From assembly GCA_963667015.2 (NCBI GenBank), contig CAXXJJ010000004.1, forward strand, positions 2,912,001 to 2,976,000: DNA of 64,000 bases, written 5' to 3'. A program made the position numbers and the translations under genes. The notes beneath the pieces are model-generated. The model did not search any database. It was given only the letters and a program-made list of their open reading frames with translations, and had not been told where the DNA came from. The DNA comes from Desulfatiglandales bacterium (GTDB lineage Bacteria; Desulfobacterota; DSM-4660; Desulfatiglandales; HGW-15). This document shows, one piece after another, positions 1 through 9,775 of the stretch; position 1 is the first letter of the stretch, and every line of letters begins with the position of its first letter.

Positions 1-552
1 GCAAAAGGGCTAACTTCTTTAGAAGACGTTATAGAGTTAACAATATTTAGTGGTAAATTTAATATTTCCACAGTGCTACCATTCACATGGCAACTATTAT
101 TTTTTTCAGCCTGTTTCTTTACTTTAGCCGGCATTATATATTCAGTGTATTGTCCAAACATAGTAAAACTATATGAAAACTTTTCTCAATTTGAGGCAGA
201 TGGGAAGTCTAGATTACAAATAAACACTGCACTCAGAGAAATAGTTTGGGATACATCAAACGGAGTAATATTTTCTGCTTATGCACCTGTTGCAATGAAA
301 TATTTAAGGCAATATACATCATTTACAGAAGAAGAAATTGAAAGCATAAAAAACAATGGGTATACCATGTTAGAGGATCTTACAGAAAATAAGGGTAAAA
401 ACAGTAATGCATTTTATTTTGTTTATCTAATTGCTGATATATACACCCGCAAACTTATTTGTACTTCCTTATGCCTATATATCGCCGGCTTTGCATTCAT
501 TGGCATCATTGCAATACAAAATATAATGTATGTTGTTAAATCATTTTGCTAA
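1..552 (+). CDS. Cassette membrane protein, 5' partial (frame open from base 1)
   Basis: No stop upstream of 73 in frame; hydrophobic segments; TAA overlaps attC R''. Confidence 0.75.
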   Translation, partial: AKGLTSLEDVIELTIFSGKFNISTVLPFTWQLLFFSACFFTLAGIIYSVYCPNIVKLYENFSQFEADGKSRLQINTALREIVWDTSNGVIFSAYAPVAMKYLRQYTSFTEEEIESIKNNGYTMLEDLTENKGKNSNAFYFVYLIADIYTRKLICTSLCLYIAGFAFIGIIAIQNIMYVVKSFC

Positions 553-614
553 CAAAATGCTCTACCCGACTGGGCGATAAAACGCCGCCCAGCCGGTAAG
601 CATCACCGTTAGTG
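547..614 (+). repeat. attC site (short class)
   Basis: TGCTAAC...GCTCTACC/GGTAAGC...GTTAGTG. Confidence 0.92.
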
Positions 615-621
615 TTCAAAA

Positions 622-1149
622 ATGAATAAATTAAAATTAACATTAATTATTACAATTATATTTTTGCCGTTGTTTTTATTTAGCATGGAAGCAAAAGATA
701 CTCCGGTGAATCATGATATCGTGAATACATGGAAATCATTTTTAGGAATAATAGTTTCTAATGATATAGATAGTTTTAAAAAAATATCTGCTGAAAAAAT
801 AAGGTGTTTTGATTGCGTTTATAATACGCAAAAAGAAAAAGAAGAAATGGAAGAAAGAGAAAAGAATGAATCAAATTGGTATGAAAAACTTTATAGAGAA
901 TGGATATATATACCTATTAACCGATTTTGTAAGGAAGACTATCCAATAATATTCACACAATACCTAATTACAAGATTAAAAACCGGTGAAACACAATTTC
1001 TAATAAATAAAGCAGATTCTTTTTCCGTCTTAGTTACTACGACAAAACCGTGTGAAGTTAGTCCAAATCATGAAGGCCAACAGCATATGGTTATATTTAT
1101 AAAAGAAAAAAATGAATATAAGTTCTATGAAATATTTACTATTCCATAG
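622..1149 (+). CDS. Cassette exported hypothetical protein
   Basis: N-terminal signal-like hydrophobic stretch; fills cassette. Confidence 0.8.
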   Translation: MNKLKLTLIITIIFLPLFLFSMEAKDTPVNHDIVNTWKSFLGIIVSNDIDSFKKISAEKIRCFDCVYNTQKEKEEMEEREKNESNWYEKLYREWIYIPINRFCKEDYPIIFTQYLITRLKTGETQFLINKADSFSVLVTTTKPCEVSPNHEGQQHMVIFIKEKNEYKFYEIFTIP

Positions 1150-1156
1150 GAAAACA

Positions 1157-1222
1157 CACTAACCCACTAATCAACCGGATTTGGCGAAAAGCTTGCCAAA
1201 CCGGTTATCAGAATCGTTATGA
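1157..1222 (+). repeat. attC site (short class)
   Basis: CACTAAC...GTTATGA with inverted arms. Confidence 0.9.
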
Positions 1223-1238
1223 AAAAGGAGAAATTAAA

Positions 1239-1538
1239 ATGGCTAGCTGTACAAATTGTGGAACTGAATTCTCTTTTATGGCCGCATTAAAAAGTTTTAC
1301 TCCATGGTCAATAAAGTGTTCTGGATGTAATGAAAGAATAAGATCTAGCATATTAACATTCTTTATCGCTTTTATACTGTTTATTGCCTTTATTTTCCTG
1401 TTTGTATATCTAACAAATTCTGAGTTAAGCAGGAATCAAACATATCTTTCAATATTAGTTATTGGTTTTTTAATGGAAATTTTATGGTTTTTATTGTTGA
1501 AAACCGGAGTGATAAAAAGCAACCTAGTCAGGAAATAA
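1239..1538 (+). CDS. Cassette Zn-ribbon (2x CxxC) membrane protein
   Basis: CTNC...CSGC then two TM helices; AGGAG RBS. Confidence 0.8.
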   Translation: MASCTNCGTEFSFMAALKSFTPWSIKCSGCNERIRSSILTFFIAFILFIAFIFLFVYLTNSELSRNQTYLSILVIGFLMEILWFLLLKTGVIKSNLVRK

Positions 1539-1542
1539 TTTT

Positions 1543-1675
1543 TCATAACAATGGTATCTACTAAGACCGGGCTGTTTTCTTTGCTTTTTATGTATCATCT
1601 TACAAGCATCATTTTCTTAGGTTTTAAATAATATGTAGGTTTGCACCGCCCGGCTTGTAATACCTAGCGTTATGA
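1543..1675 (+). repeat. attC site (long class)
   Basis: TCATAAC...GTTATGA; near-identical to 15975-16107. Confidence 0.9.
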
Positions 1676-2109
1676 GTAAGGAAATAATGAAATTTAATTT
1701 GAAAAATGAATTACTTAAATTCTACTGTTTCTCTTTTCTTTTTATGGTTGCGTTGTCAACTTTGGGATGGGGAATTTCAAATTATTTAACACATAGGGCC
1801 AGCATCTGGTGGTGGAATTATGGTAATCCTTATTTATCACAAGAATTTTTTATAATTATTTTACTTATATCATTTTCAGCTCTTTCAATATTTAATCTCC
1901 AATTTCTTATTCGGAAAAGGACGGTATCAAAAAAATATTTAACTGTATTATTTCTTTGGGGAGTGTTTTGTATCATATTCTGGTCCAAGGTATACTGGAA
2001 GCCTGCGCAAATACCAACTACAGAATTAATTTTTAATCTTGTTGTAAAATTGTTTTTCTGGATAGCAGTAACAATACCGGTATTTTTAATAAAATCTCAT
2101 AACCCTTAA
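1672..2109 (+). CDS. Cassette 4-TM membrane protein
   Basis: Hydrophobic ORF filling cassette. Confidence 0.78.
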   Translation: MSKEIMKFNLKNELLKFYCFSFLFMVALSTLGWGISNYLTHRASIWWWNYGNPYLSQEFFIIILLISFSALSIFNLQFLIRKRTVSKKYLTVLFLWGVFCIIFWSKVYWKPAQIPTTELIFNLVVKLFFWIAVTIPVFLIKSHNP

Positions 2110-2185
2110 ATCAACGTGACCGCGGTGGGCCTCTTTCAATTTATCCGGAACACCTTGGCGCGGCACGTTATTTAGTCCGTTATAA
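2097..2185 (+). repeat. attC site (medium class)
   Basis: TCATAAC...GTTATAA; near-identical to 25783-25871. Confidence 0.9.
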
Positions 2186-2196
2186 GCAAAGGATCT

Positions 2197-2466
2197 ATGG
2201 AAGAACTTTATAAAAATTATCTTGTAGCGCTTGGAAAAGTAGAAGCCCAAATTAATGATCTAGGCTATGTGCAAATTCGAGGTGAAGGGAAAGCGGCTTT
2301 TATTTATGCTTCAACTGATACAAGAGCAATAGAACTTTCAAAAACAGATAAGGGAATTTGGGTAGAGTTTTGGGACGGGAGTAACGAACCACCCGAATTT
2401 GATAAAACATTTACCAGTTACGAAACTGCAGTAAAAGCAATTCGTGATTGGCTCATTGTAGATTAA
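2197..2466 (+). CDS. Cassette hypothetical protein
   Basis: ORF with AAGGA RBS filling cassette. Confidence 0.78.
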   Translation: MEELYKNYLVALGKVEAQINDLGYVQIRGEGKAAFIYASTDTRAIELSKTDKGIWVEFWDGSNEPPEFDKTFTSYETAVKAIRDWLIVD

Positions 2467-2489
2467 TTATAAATAGTACAATAAAAGGC

Positions 2490-2619
2490 TTATAACAAAG
2501 CAATCAAGGTGATTTGCTGGCTTTTCTTGCCGATTGGAATTCAACAGTTTCAATGACCTTCGTACTTAATCGATCATCGGCACCATTAACCCGCAAACGC
2601 CTTATCGCAAGCGTTATGG
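2490..2619 (+). repeat. attC site (long class)
   Basis: TTATAAC...GTTATGG. Confidence 0.88.
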
Positions 2620-2635
2620 CCTTTGAGGGAAATAT

Positions 2636-3349
2636 ATGCCCGTAAAAAAGTGGATACATATAAATGACTCTGTTGGCGATCCTTGGATTTTGCCAATATG
2701 GAGCGTTGTAAATGATGCCGAGAGTAAAGGCAAATCAAAGACTATTTCAAAAGAAATAAAATCACGGTTAGGGATATCGATTTCAACCAGACTAGATATG
2801 TTACCTCGTATATTGAACCGAATAAATAAAGAGGTTTACGATGTATATAAAGCTGTAGAAATTCATAATAGCGATCATATATTCACACTTAAAAAAGAAG
2901 GGTACGCATTCGATATTGATGAAAATCTAAAGTTCAATTTATTAATAGATCTTGATTCATTATTATTTGAGCTAAACTCGGTATGTGAGTTGATGACTAA
3001 TCTTATCTTTGAGCTTTATACCCACGCAGGTAAGAACATAGATAAAAAAAAGGTTGGTTTTATCATAAAAAAGGTAATTGAAGAATCTGGTGAATCATCA
3101 GATTGGTTTATTAATTTAGACACACACAGAAACTTCTTTATGCACGAGGGAGCACCCTATATAGCTGCCGATGTTACAAATGGTCCGGACAATTATGATC
3201 TGTTAATTATTAAAGAGAATATAATGAATTTTGATGACCTATCTAAATTCATAAAATTGTCAGAAATAAATTCAATTATACAAGGGTTTTTGTACTCAAA
3301 ACAATTGATTCAGATGCATCTTATTAACTTATATCGAGAACTGCCATAA
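2636..3349 (+). CDS. Cassette protein, putative HEPN-domain RNase
   Basis: Helical protein with RNFFMH (Rx4H) motif; family call is inference. Confidence 0.6.
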   Translation: MPVKKWIHINDSVGDPWILPIWSVVNDAESKGKSKTISKEIKSRLGISISTRLDMLPRILNRINKEVYDVYKAVEIHNSDHIFTLKKEGYAFDIDENLKFNLLIDLDSLLFELNSVCELMTNLIFELYTHAGKNIDKKKVGFIIKKVIEESGESSDWFINLDTHRNFFMHEGAPYIAADVTNGPDNYDLLIIKENIMNFDDLSKFIKLSEINSIIQGFLYSKQLIQMHLINLYRELP

Positions 3350-3406
3350 CAAAGGTTTCAACGCTGACAAGGCGTTCCGCCTTGCCGGTTAAACCTGGCG
3401 TTATAA
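3344..3406 (+). repeat. attC site (short class)
   Basis: CCATAAC...GTTATAA. Confidence 0.9.
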
Positions 3407-3422
3407 CTCTAAAGAATTAATC

Positions 3423-3722
3423 ATGGATTACAAAAAATATTTTAAAGATCTCATAGCTGGCTTTCTGAGTGGAAAATATACACGCTCTGAAATAGCCGAT
3501 ATTATGGCATCTGAAATAGGCATCGATGATATCGACAATAGTGCAGATGAACAACAAAATTTACTTACAAATTGCGAATGGGCATTACGACACATTGATG
3601 AAGATGGTTATTATACAACTGAAAGAGAATTAAAATATTATTTAACTTGTCTAAATAATGAAAGAACATTTCGTGAAGAAGATAGAGATGATGCCATTAG
3701 AAATGAAGTTATAACATCATAA
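3423..3722 (+). CDS. Cassette small acidic hypothetical protein
   Basis: ORF fills cassette. Confidence 0.78.
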   Translation: MDYKKYFKDLIAGFLSGKYTRSEIADIMASEIGIDDIDNSADEQQNLLTNCEWALRHIDEDGYYTTERELKYYLTCLNNERTFREEDRDDAIRNEVITS

Positions 3723-3775
3723 TAAACCCGACTGGGCGATAAAACGCCGCCCAGCCGGTTATCATGGCGTTAAAA
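3709..3775 (+). repeat. attC site (short class)
   Basis: TTATAAC...GTTAAAA; same family as 547-614. Confidence 0.9.
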
Positions 3776-4013
3776 GCTTAAAGGACATAATAAAGAAGGT
3801 AATTTAAGGTATTTGGGGAAATAGGAAATATTTCCTGAATCCCCAAATGGCAGTATCAAAAATAAAATTCCGGGCTGAATTAATTCCTATTCAGGAAAAA
3901 AGGCAAATTGCCATAATTCCTAAATAGAAAACAAAAATGAAAATTAAGTCGTAATAATAACTGGTTATCAAAATTTAATAGTCGGTAAATAGCAGGCAAA
4001 ATCGGCTTTTAAC
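3769..4013 (+). repeat. Gene-less cassette family A, copy 1 (two palindromes)
   Basis: GTTAAAAG...GGCTTTTAAC; no + strand ORF; hairpins 3811-3848 and 3889-3925. Confidence 0.88.
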
Positions 4014-4135
4014 CATGCAGTCAAGGTGACTGGCTGGTTTTTCTTGCCGATTGAAACTCTTTAATATCAATAATCTTTATAGGTTCATGATCATTGATAC
4101 CATTAACCCGCCAGCTCCTTACCGCAACGTTCTGT
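4007..4135 (+). repeat. attC site (long class)
   Basis: TTTTAAC...GTTCTGT. Confidence 0.88.
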
Positions 4136-4142
4136 AATAATA

Positions 4143-4619
4143 ATGAATATGGAAATCACATTTAAAACTGCAACCATTGATGACTGCGAAGCATTATGTA
4201 ATATTCATGTTTCTTCAATTCGGGAACTATGCAAAGAGCATCACCCAGATGGTGAAATTGAAGTATGGTCAAAAGGAAGAACACCTGAAAGATATAAAAA
4301 TCATATTCATAACCAATACGTTTTAATAGCTCAGCACAAAAATACCGCTGTCGGGTTTGGAACATTTAATAAAAAGACCGGAGAAATAATTCAGTTATAC
4401 GTTCATCCAGAGTATGCAGGTAAAGGCGTTGGTTCCCGGATATTAGAAAATATTTTAAATATAGCCGGAAAAGCTGATTTAAATGAAATTCACTGTAGCT
4501 CATCTTTAAATGCAGAGAAATTCTATCTTAAAGCTGGTTTTAAGGCCGGAGAGAAATGTATTAATTTTATAAACGGGGGAAAAGTTACGTGTATCCCTAT
4601 GAGGAAATCTATCAAATAA
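4143..4619 (+). CDS. Cassette GNAT family N-acetyltransferase
   Basis: LYVHPEYAGKGVG motif A and AEKFYLKAGF motif B. Confidence 0.92.
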   Translation: MNMEITFKTATIDDCEALCNIHVSSIRELCKEHHPDGEIEVWSKGRTPERYKNHIHNQYVLIAQHKNTAVGFGTFNKKTGEIIQLYVHPEYAGKGVGSRILENILNIAGKADLNEIHCSSSLNAEKFYLKAGFKAGEKCINFINGGKVTCIPMRKSIK

Positions 4620-4621
4620 TT

Positions 4622-4749
4622 ACAGAACAAGTCGCTAAACTAAGACTGGCTACTATCTTGCCGAATCGACCGTTTGTGGTTTGCAGAAGAATTTCTTTTA
4701 ATAATCTTTTAAGGTTGGCATCGCCAGCTTGTTAGCGTAACCGTTGGGC
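4622..4749 (+). repeat. attC site (long class)
   Basis: ACAGAAC (complement of cassette start GTTCTGT)...GTTGGGC. Confidence 0.88.
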
Positions 4750-4767
4750 TATGGAAAGGAGGAAAAA

Positions 4768-5013
4768 ATGAATATCACAGCAGATGCAGAAACTCTGATG
4801 CGCCAAGCATCAACGACTGCCAGTATTTACCTTGAAGACGCAGTAAAATCTATTGATAAGCAGTTTGGGAAAAACTATTCAATGAGTCATCCTGAATTGG
4901 TAGCGGCATTCATAAATGCTTGTGCCAAAGATTTCCATACTGCAATTCTTGCGAAGTCTATTAATGAGGCAGCGGATAAATTGGCGGGGATACTATCAAG
5001 TTCAGACTTATAA
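4768..5013 (+). CDS. Cassette small helical hypothetical protein
   Basis: ATG at 4768 preceded by AGGAGG. Confidence 0.78.
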   Translation: MNITADAETLMRQASTTASIYLEDAVKSIDKQFGKNYSMSHPELVAAFINACAKDFHTAILAKSINEAADKLAGILSSSDL

Positions 5014-5075
5014 ATATTCTACCTATTTGCTTAAGTTTTCAAAATTGAGTCATCAGAGGTAATACAACAAGTTAA

Positions 5076-5204
5076 GCCCAACCTGTCATTTAACGTGACA
5101 GGCTACTATCTTGCCAAAACAACCTTTAAAGGTTTGCGGCAATCAATATTTTTAACATGCTTATGGCGGCAGGCACCGCCTGCTCGTTAATTCGGTCGTT
5201 GGCG
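5076..5204 (+). repeat. attC site (long class)
   Basis: GCCCAAC...GTTGGCG. Confidence 0.87.
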
Positions 5205-5474
5205 TGCTGGAAAGTGGAAAAGAAAATAATCACAGAGGAAGCGGAAATGAGGTTGCCAATAACATGTAACTCAAGGTCGCGAGAATTAATCTGGAAATAA
5301 TAAGGTAACAAAACAAAGGAAATCCATTCCCTGGAAATTCCTTTGAAAAATAATTCAGAACAATATAAAAAGAAGAATCAAAAATCATAGTATTCAAAAA
5401 GCATCAAATCTTTAAAAATCAGTAATTGAAAGTAAGAAGTCAAAATCAAATTAAACAGGTTGGCGGCAGCCAAC
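5198..5474 (+). repeat. Gene-less cassette family B, copy 1
   Basis: GTTGGCGTGCTGGAAAG...GGTTGGCGGCAGCCAAC; repeated at 5595, 21329, 25865. Confidence 0.9.
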
Positions 5475-5601
5475 CATTGCATCTACTAGGACCGTGCTAT
5501 TTTTTTCGCCTTTTTTAAACTATCTGCCAACTCAGAATCCTCGTACCTTTAACATGGTAAGTTGGTTTGCACCGCCCGGCCTGTAATGCTTTTCGTTGGC
5601 G
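5468..5601 (+). repeat. attC site (long class)
   Basis: AGCCAAC...GTTGGCG. Confidence 0.87.
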
Positions 5602-5868
5602 TGCTGGAAAGCATAAAGAAAATAATTACAGGGGAAGCGGAAATGAAGTTGCAAATAACAAGTAACTCAAGGGCGAGAGAATTGATCTGAAGATAAAAGG
5701 CATTAAAAAGTTTCAAAAGAATTTCAGGTTATTCCCATCCTCGGAATATCTTTGAAAATAAATTCAAAACAATATAAAAATATAGTATTCAAAAGCATCA
5801 AATCTTTAAAAATCAGTAATTATAAGTAAGCAGTCAAAAACAAATTTAACAGGTTGGCGGCAGCCAAC
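5595..5868 (+). repeat. Gene-less cassette family B, copy 2 (tandem, diverged)
   Basis: Same head and tail as copy 1. Confidence 0.9.
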
Positions 5869-5951
5869 CATCAAATTAACAAGACCGCGTGGGGTCTCTT
5901 TCATTTTTTCGCGGAACATCTCGGCGCGGCTTGTTATTTGTGTCGTTATAA
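5862..5951 (+). repeat. attC site (medium class)
   Basis: AGCCAAC...GTTATAA. Confidence 0.88.
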
Positions 5952-5956
5952 CTCAT

Positions 5957-6274
5957 ATGAAAATAGAAAATTTACAAGCTTTTTCCAAACTTCCAAGGCA
6001 CGACTTAACATTAAAAAATATTTCGTGGCCCAAGGATAATGAAAATAATTTAACCATCACCAATGAAACATATAATGGAGACCTGGTCGAATTCAAATTT
6101 GAATGGGTAATGAATTTAAATATCAATCTTAGCTTGGGAGACTACGCACAAGCAATGAGCTGGGATATTGAAGCAGATATAGATTCAAAGGGCATCTGGA
6201 AAATACAATGGATTTATCCCGGTATTGGTTTTATTTATTTAGAATGCAATGAAGTTGAATACAAAAAGTTATAA
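5957..6274 (+). CDS. Cassette hypothetical protein (beta-rich, immunity-like)
   Basis: ORF fills cassette; stop in R''. Confidence 0.75.
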   Translation: MKIENLQAFSKLPRHDLTLKNISWPKDNENNLTITNETYNGDLVEFKFEWVMNLNINLSLGDYAQAMSWDIEADIDSKGIWKIQWIYPGIGFIYLECNEVEYKKL

Positions 6275-6400
6275 CATCCAAATCAACTCAGACCGGGCTA
6301 CTCTCTTGCCAGATCGAAGTTGTGTGCATTATAGAAACAATTGATGTATGCAAGTATCAATAATCATAAACCGCCCGTCTGGTTATTTGGGGCGTTAAAA
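6269..6400 (+). repeat. attC site (long class)
   Basis: TTATAAC...GTTAAAA. Confidence 0.88.
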
Positions 6401-6640
6401 GCTGAAAGGCTATAATGAAGAAAGCATCATTTACGGTATTTGGGGAAGTAGGAAATATTTCCCAAATCCCCAAATAGCAGTATAAAAATAAAATTCCGGG
6501 CTGAATTGATGTCTATTTACAAAAATTGGCAATCTTGCCAAAAGTTGTAAATAGAAAATAAGAATCAAAATATTGTTGTAATAATAACTGGTTATCAAAA
6601 ATACAAGGTCGGTAAATAGCGGGCAAAATCGGCTTTTAAC
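6394..6640 (+). repeat. Gene-less cassette family A, copy 2
   Basis: Hairpins 6438-6475 and 6515-6552; conserved 3' block. Confidence 0.88.
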
Positions 6641-6721
6641 CTGTCGCTTCACAAGACCACGAGGGGCTTCTTTCAATTTTTGCTGAGCATCTCGGCGTGG
6701 CTTGTGAGCTGGCCGTTATTT
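6634..6721 (+). repeat. attC site (medium class)
   Basis: TTTTAAC...GTTATTT; near-identical to 23009 and 24822. Confidence 0.9.
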
Positions 6722-6733
6722 GCTGGCACCAAT

Positions 6734-7093
6734 ATGAAAATTATATCTTTAATAATTTTATTTACTATCTTATCATCATGTGCAGGTCCATTGATGCTTC
6801 GTAAAACAAAATGGACAGTTCCTGAAGTCGAAGAGTGGTATTCAGAGCATATTGAAAATGAACGCTTTGCCTGGGATGGTTTATTGTATCAAGGTTCAGA
6901 CGAGCAATATCATCATTTTATAACTCGGGTTTTCGATGAATGGGTATTCATAGAAATTATGAAAAATGAATTAAACATAGATGATGAAAGACCATACTCA
7001 AATATATCAAGTAGCCCACTAGGCTATTATTTTGTAGATCCAAGTAACAATTTTATAAAAACAAGAGAATACAACAATACAAAACGCAGATAA
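6734..7093 (+). CDS. Cassette lipoprotein
   Basis: MKIISLIILFTILSSC lipobox; ATG at 6734. Confidence 0.8.
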   Translation: MKIISLIILFTILSSCAGPLMLRKTKWTVPEVEEWYSEHIENERFAWDGLLYQGSDEQYHHFITRVFDEWVFIEIMKNELNIDDERPYSNISSSPLGYYFVDPSNNFIKTREYNNTKRR

Positions 7094-7217
7094 CAATGCA
7101 ATTAAGGGGATTGGCTGGTTTTTCTTGCCGGTTGAAGTCCAGCAATATCAATGGTCTTCATTCTTTATCGACCATCGGTACCATCAACCCGCCAACTCCT
7201 TATCGCAGGCGTTAACT
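7088..7217 (+). repeat. attC site (long class)
   Basis: AGATAAC...GTTAACT. Confidence 0.87.
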
Positions 7218-7232
7218 TCAAAAGGTGAAATC

Positions 7233-7433
7233 ATGGAAATAAAAGATCGAATATATACAGTAATTTTTCCTATCGAAGACAAAATAAATAATAAAGATAC
7301 AACCACAATAGAAGTACTTGCACATAGTGAAGCCGATGCAATTAATAAAGCAAAAGAAAATTTATCTATTCATCAGGATGGCAAGAATTATCAAGTTGTT
7401 TCTGGTGCCTCTGCGAAATTAAAAGAAGATTAG
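7233..7433 (+). CDS. Cassette small hypothetical protein
   Basis: ATG at 7233 after AAGGTG; longer track ORF starts inside attC. Confidence 0.65.
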   Translation: MEIKDRIYTVIFPIEDKINNKDTTTIEVLAHSEADAINKAKENLSIHQDGKNYQVVSGASAKLKED

Positions 7434-7482
7434 GCAAATCTTTTCCTAATTGCTCCGCGCATTGTTCTATTGTGGGAATAAA

Positions 7483-7537
7483 AGTTAACGAATAAGGATA
7501 GATTGTGCGGAGCCACAATCTTATCCAATGGTTGAAC
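7483..7537 (-). repeat. attC-like hairpin at the end of the IS91/recombinase module, inverted polarity
   Basis: Minus strand GTTCAAC-CATTG-GATAAGAT...ATCTATC-CTTATTC-GTTAACT; extrahelical base lies on the minus-strand L'' arm. Confidence 0.7.
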
Positions 7538-7728
7538 AAGCCCGTGTCTATATAAAGAAAATATATATATCCGAGAAGCTGACAGGTAATGGAACTTAAA
7601 GTATAGCGGAAAGCAAAAGGCAGACCGGTACGCTGACCTTAAAAAAGGCCTTTAAAGTGATTGTAATCTTCATAAACAAAGCTACCTCCGTGTTATAAAA
7701 GCAAGAGGGGCAATTTCCAGATTAAGGT

Positions 7729-8775
7729 CTATTCCGAGTTGCAAACAGGCTTTCTAAACTTAACAATAGTCATCAGCGACTTACAATGGCTGCATTTAAA
7801 AGCAGGCCTTGGACGTATCGGGATTTTATCAATAACGACTCTCAATATTACCTGAATCAGAGAACGTATTTTCTTAGCATTACTGTGAAGGAAGCCATAA
7901 TCCCTGACTCTCCTGAAGCCTTTGGGAAGTACATGTTGCAGTAGAAGTTTAATAAAATCTTCCCCATCCATTGTGCGGTATTTTACAATCTTATTGTTAT
8001 CAATATACTTAAAGGTTATCTTTCCATCCCGGTTTGCAATGATATTTTTTTCGCTGATAACGCCACGGTATAAATACCGGGCAAGATACTTGAGGGCAGT
8101 AATGCCTGCTCCAACATGTTCGCAGTCAGCCACCCATTTTTTGGGTGCATTTTTAGGGATGGAAAAGCCGGCATTATTTAGCTCATGTAAAAAGCGGGCG
8201 CGGAAAACTTTAGCCATGGCTTTTTCATTAAAGAGGTATTTGCCTTTTTTCTTTTTCCATTGTTTGGATTTTTTATCCACTCCACCTGCCGGAATGATGA
8301 CATGAACATGTGGATGATAATCCAGATTTCTGTTATTAGTATGCAGAACAATGGTCATACCGACTTTAGCCCCCAGTTTTTTTGGGTTAGCAGCAAAATC
8401 CTTTAGAGTGGATGCTGCACAGGAGAATAAAAAGGGGTATATCTCTTTTTGATGGTGCATGGCTAAAGGCCTGAAAGAATATGGCAGTGTGAAGGTAACC
8501 ATAAAATAAGGTGCAGGCAGCAGCTTTTGCTGTTGTCGGTCAAGCCACCTGCTGGTTTCATGGTTCTGGCATTTAGGACAACTTCGGTGACCACAGGACA
8601 TGGGGTTCCATTGGGAATGTCCGCACTGGTTGCAGATTGTATATACTTCTCCGGAATCAGGAGTTCTGCATCTACGAATGGCATTAAGTGCGCTTAAATG
8701 TCCTGGTAGTAGGGTACTGGAATGTTTAGCCATAAATGAGTCGTAATATTGGTTGATGATAGATGCCAGTTCCAT
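7729..8775 (-). CDS. IS91-family (Y2/HUH) transposase
   Basis: Zn-binding SCGHRSCPKCQ, HUH motif HPHVH, YLARYLYR two-tyrosine motif. Confidence 0.95.
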   Translation of the reverse strand: MELASIINQYYDSFMAKHSSTLLPGHLSALNAIRRCRTPDSGEVYTICNQCGHSQWNPMSCGHRSCPKCQNHETSRWLDRQQQKLLPAPYFMVTFTLPYSFRPLAMHHQKEIYPFLFSCAASTLKDFAANPKKLGAKVGMTIVLHTNNRNLDYHPHVHVIIPAGGVDKKSKQWKKKKGKYLFNEKAMAKVFRARFLHELNNAGFSIPKNAPKKWVADCEHVGAGITALKYLARYLYRGVISEKNIIANRDGKITFKYIDNNKIVKYRTMDGEDFIKLLLQHVLPKGFRRVRDYGFLHSNAKKIRSLIQVILRVVIDKIPIRPRPAFKCSHCKSLMTIVKFRKPVCNSE

Positions 8776-8777
8776 GA

Positions 8778-9682
8778 TTACACCTTCTTCAAATCAACAT
8801 GAATGGAGTTGATCAGCTCATTGATTTTAACAAGACTGTCATTCTCGGTAATATCTGTCAGGTGAGCATAGCGAGCGGTAGTTTCAGGGGTGGCATGCCC
8901 GAGTATAGCCTGGATATGTCTGAGACTCAGGCCGCGCTCAAGCAGGTGTGTTGCGAAGCTGTGACGAAGGGAATGGATATGGACTTTTTTTTAATGCCGC
9001 ATTCCTTAACAACTACCTGCATAGCCTTCTGAGTTCCGCCTGTGTCCATGTGATTAGTTGCCTGTTGGATTTTATCAGGAGAGCCCGTGGCATTAGGGAA
9101 AAGCCATACAGGGTTTTTGTGTTTTGACCATAACTCACGCAGAGCTTCTAAGGTAAGATCCGGCAATGGAACTAAACGGTCTTTATGACCTTTACCACGC
9201 CGGATATGGACCTTCTTTCTTTCAGCATCGATATCGCTGGTTTGAAGATGTAATGCTTCCTGCAAACGAAGTCCCATGGAATATGTAGTCAGTAGAAAAA
9301 CCCTGTATCGGAGTTTTCTTGTTGCACCTATTATGCGCTCTATTTCACCGGGTGTAAGAATATCAGGCAGGGTATATACTTTGGGAGGCTTAATAATATC
9401 TATCCACTCCCATTTTTTCTGGACAACGTGTTTCCAGAAGAACTGAAGTCCAAGACGGTCCAATTTGACAGTGCTCCAGGAATGAGAATCAACCAGGTCA
9501 GAAAAATACTGTTCAAGTTGGTCCGGGGTAAGCTGATCAGGACAGCAGTCAAAATGCTCTTTTATCCGGCGCACCGCCCTTGAATAGGCATCAATAGTGC
9601 TTTGACTTTTACCCTGAAGTTTGAGTATTCTTAGGTGTCTTTCATAAAGGTCATTAAATCTTTCTGTTTCTTTTTTGTTCAT
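8778..9682 (-). CDS. Tyrosine recombinase, about 301 aa, needs a -1 frameshift at A8G (8984-8992)
   Basis: Frame 0: [17 protein letters not shown]; -1 frame: [13 protein letters not shown]...LGH...TTARY; AGGAGA RBS before ATG 9682. Confidence 0.88.
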
Positions 9683-9775
9683 AGTGTATCTCCTTTTATT
9701 ATTTTTTGTGCCCTGAATTGAGCATACATCAGGAGCATACACTATTTATTATTTTTCTGCCGCGCAAGCGGCTTC

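Noticed and set aside
5126..5311. Antisense ORFs in family B (also 25858-26064)
   Set aside because: Frame and length are not conserved between copies because of homopolymer indels.
6431..6676. Antisense ORFs MKEAPRGLVKRQVKS... (also 22842-23051, 24655-24864)
   Set aside because: They start inside near-identical attC sites at non-ATG codons without an RBS; similarity follows from the DNA repeat. Not fully excluded without RNAcode or Ribo-seq.
8778..9682. Recombinase as the integron integrase IntI
   Set aside because: Lies mid-array coupled to an IS91 transposase, and I see no IntI-specific insertion before the HxLRH motif or an adjacent attI/Pc.
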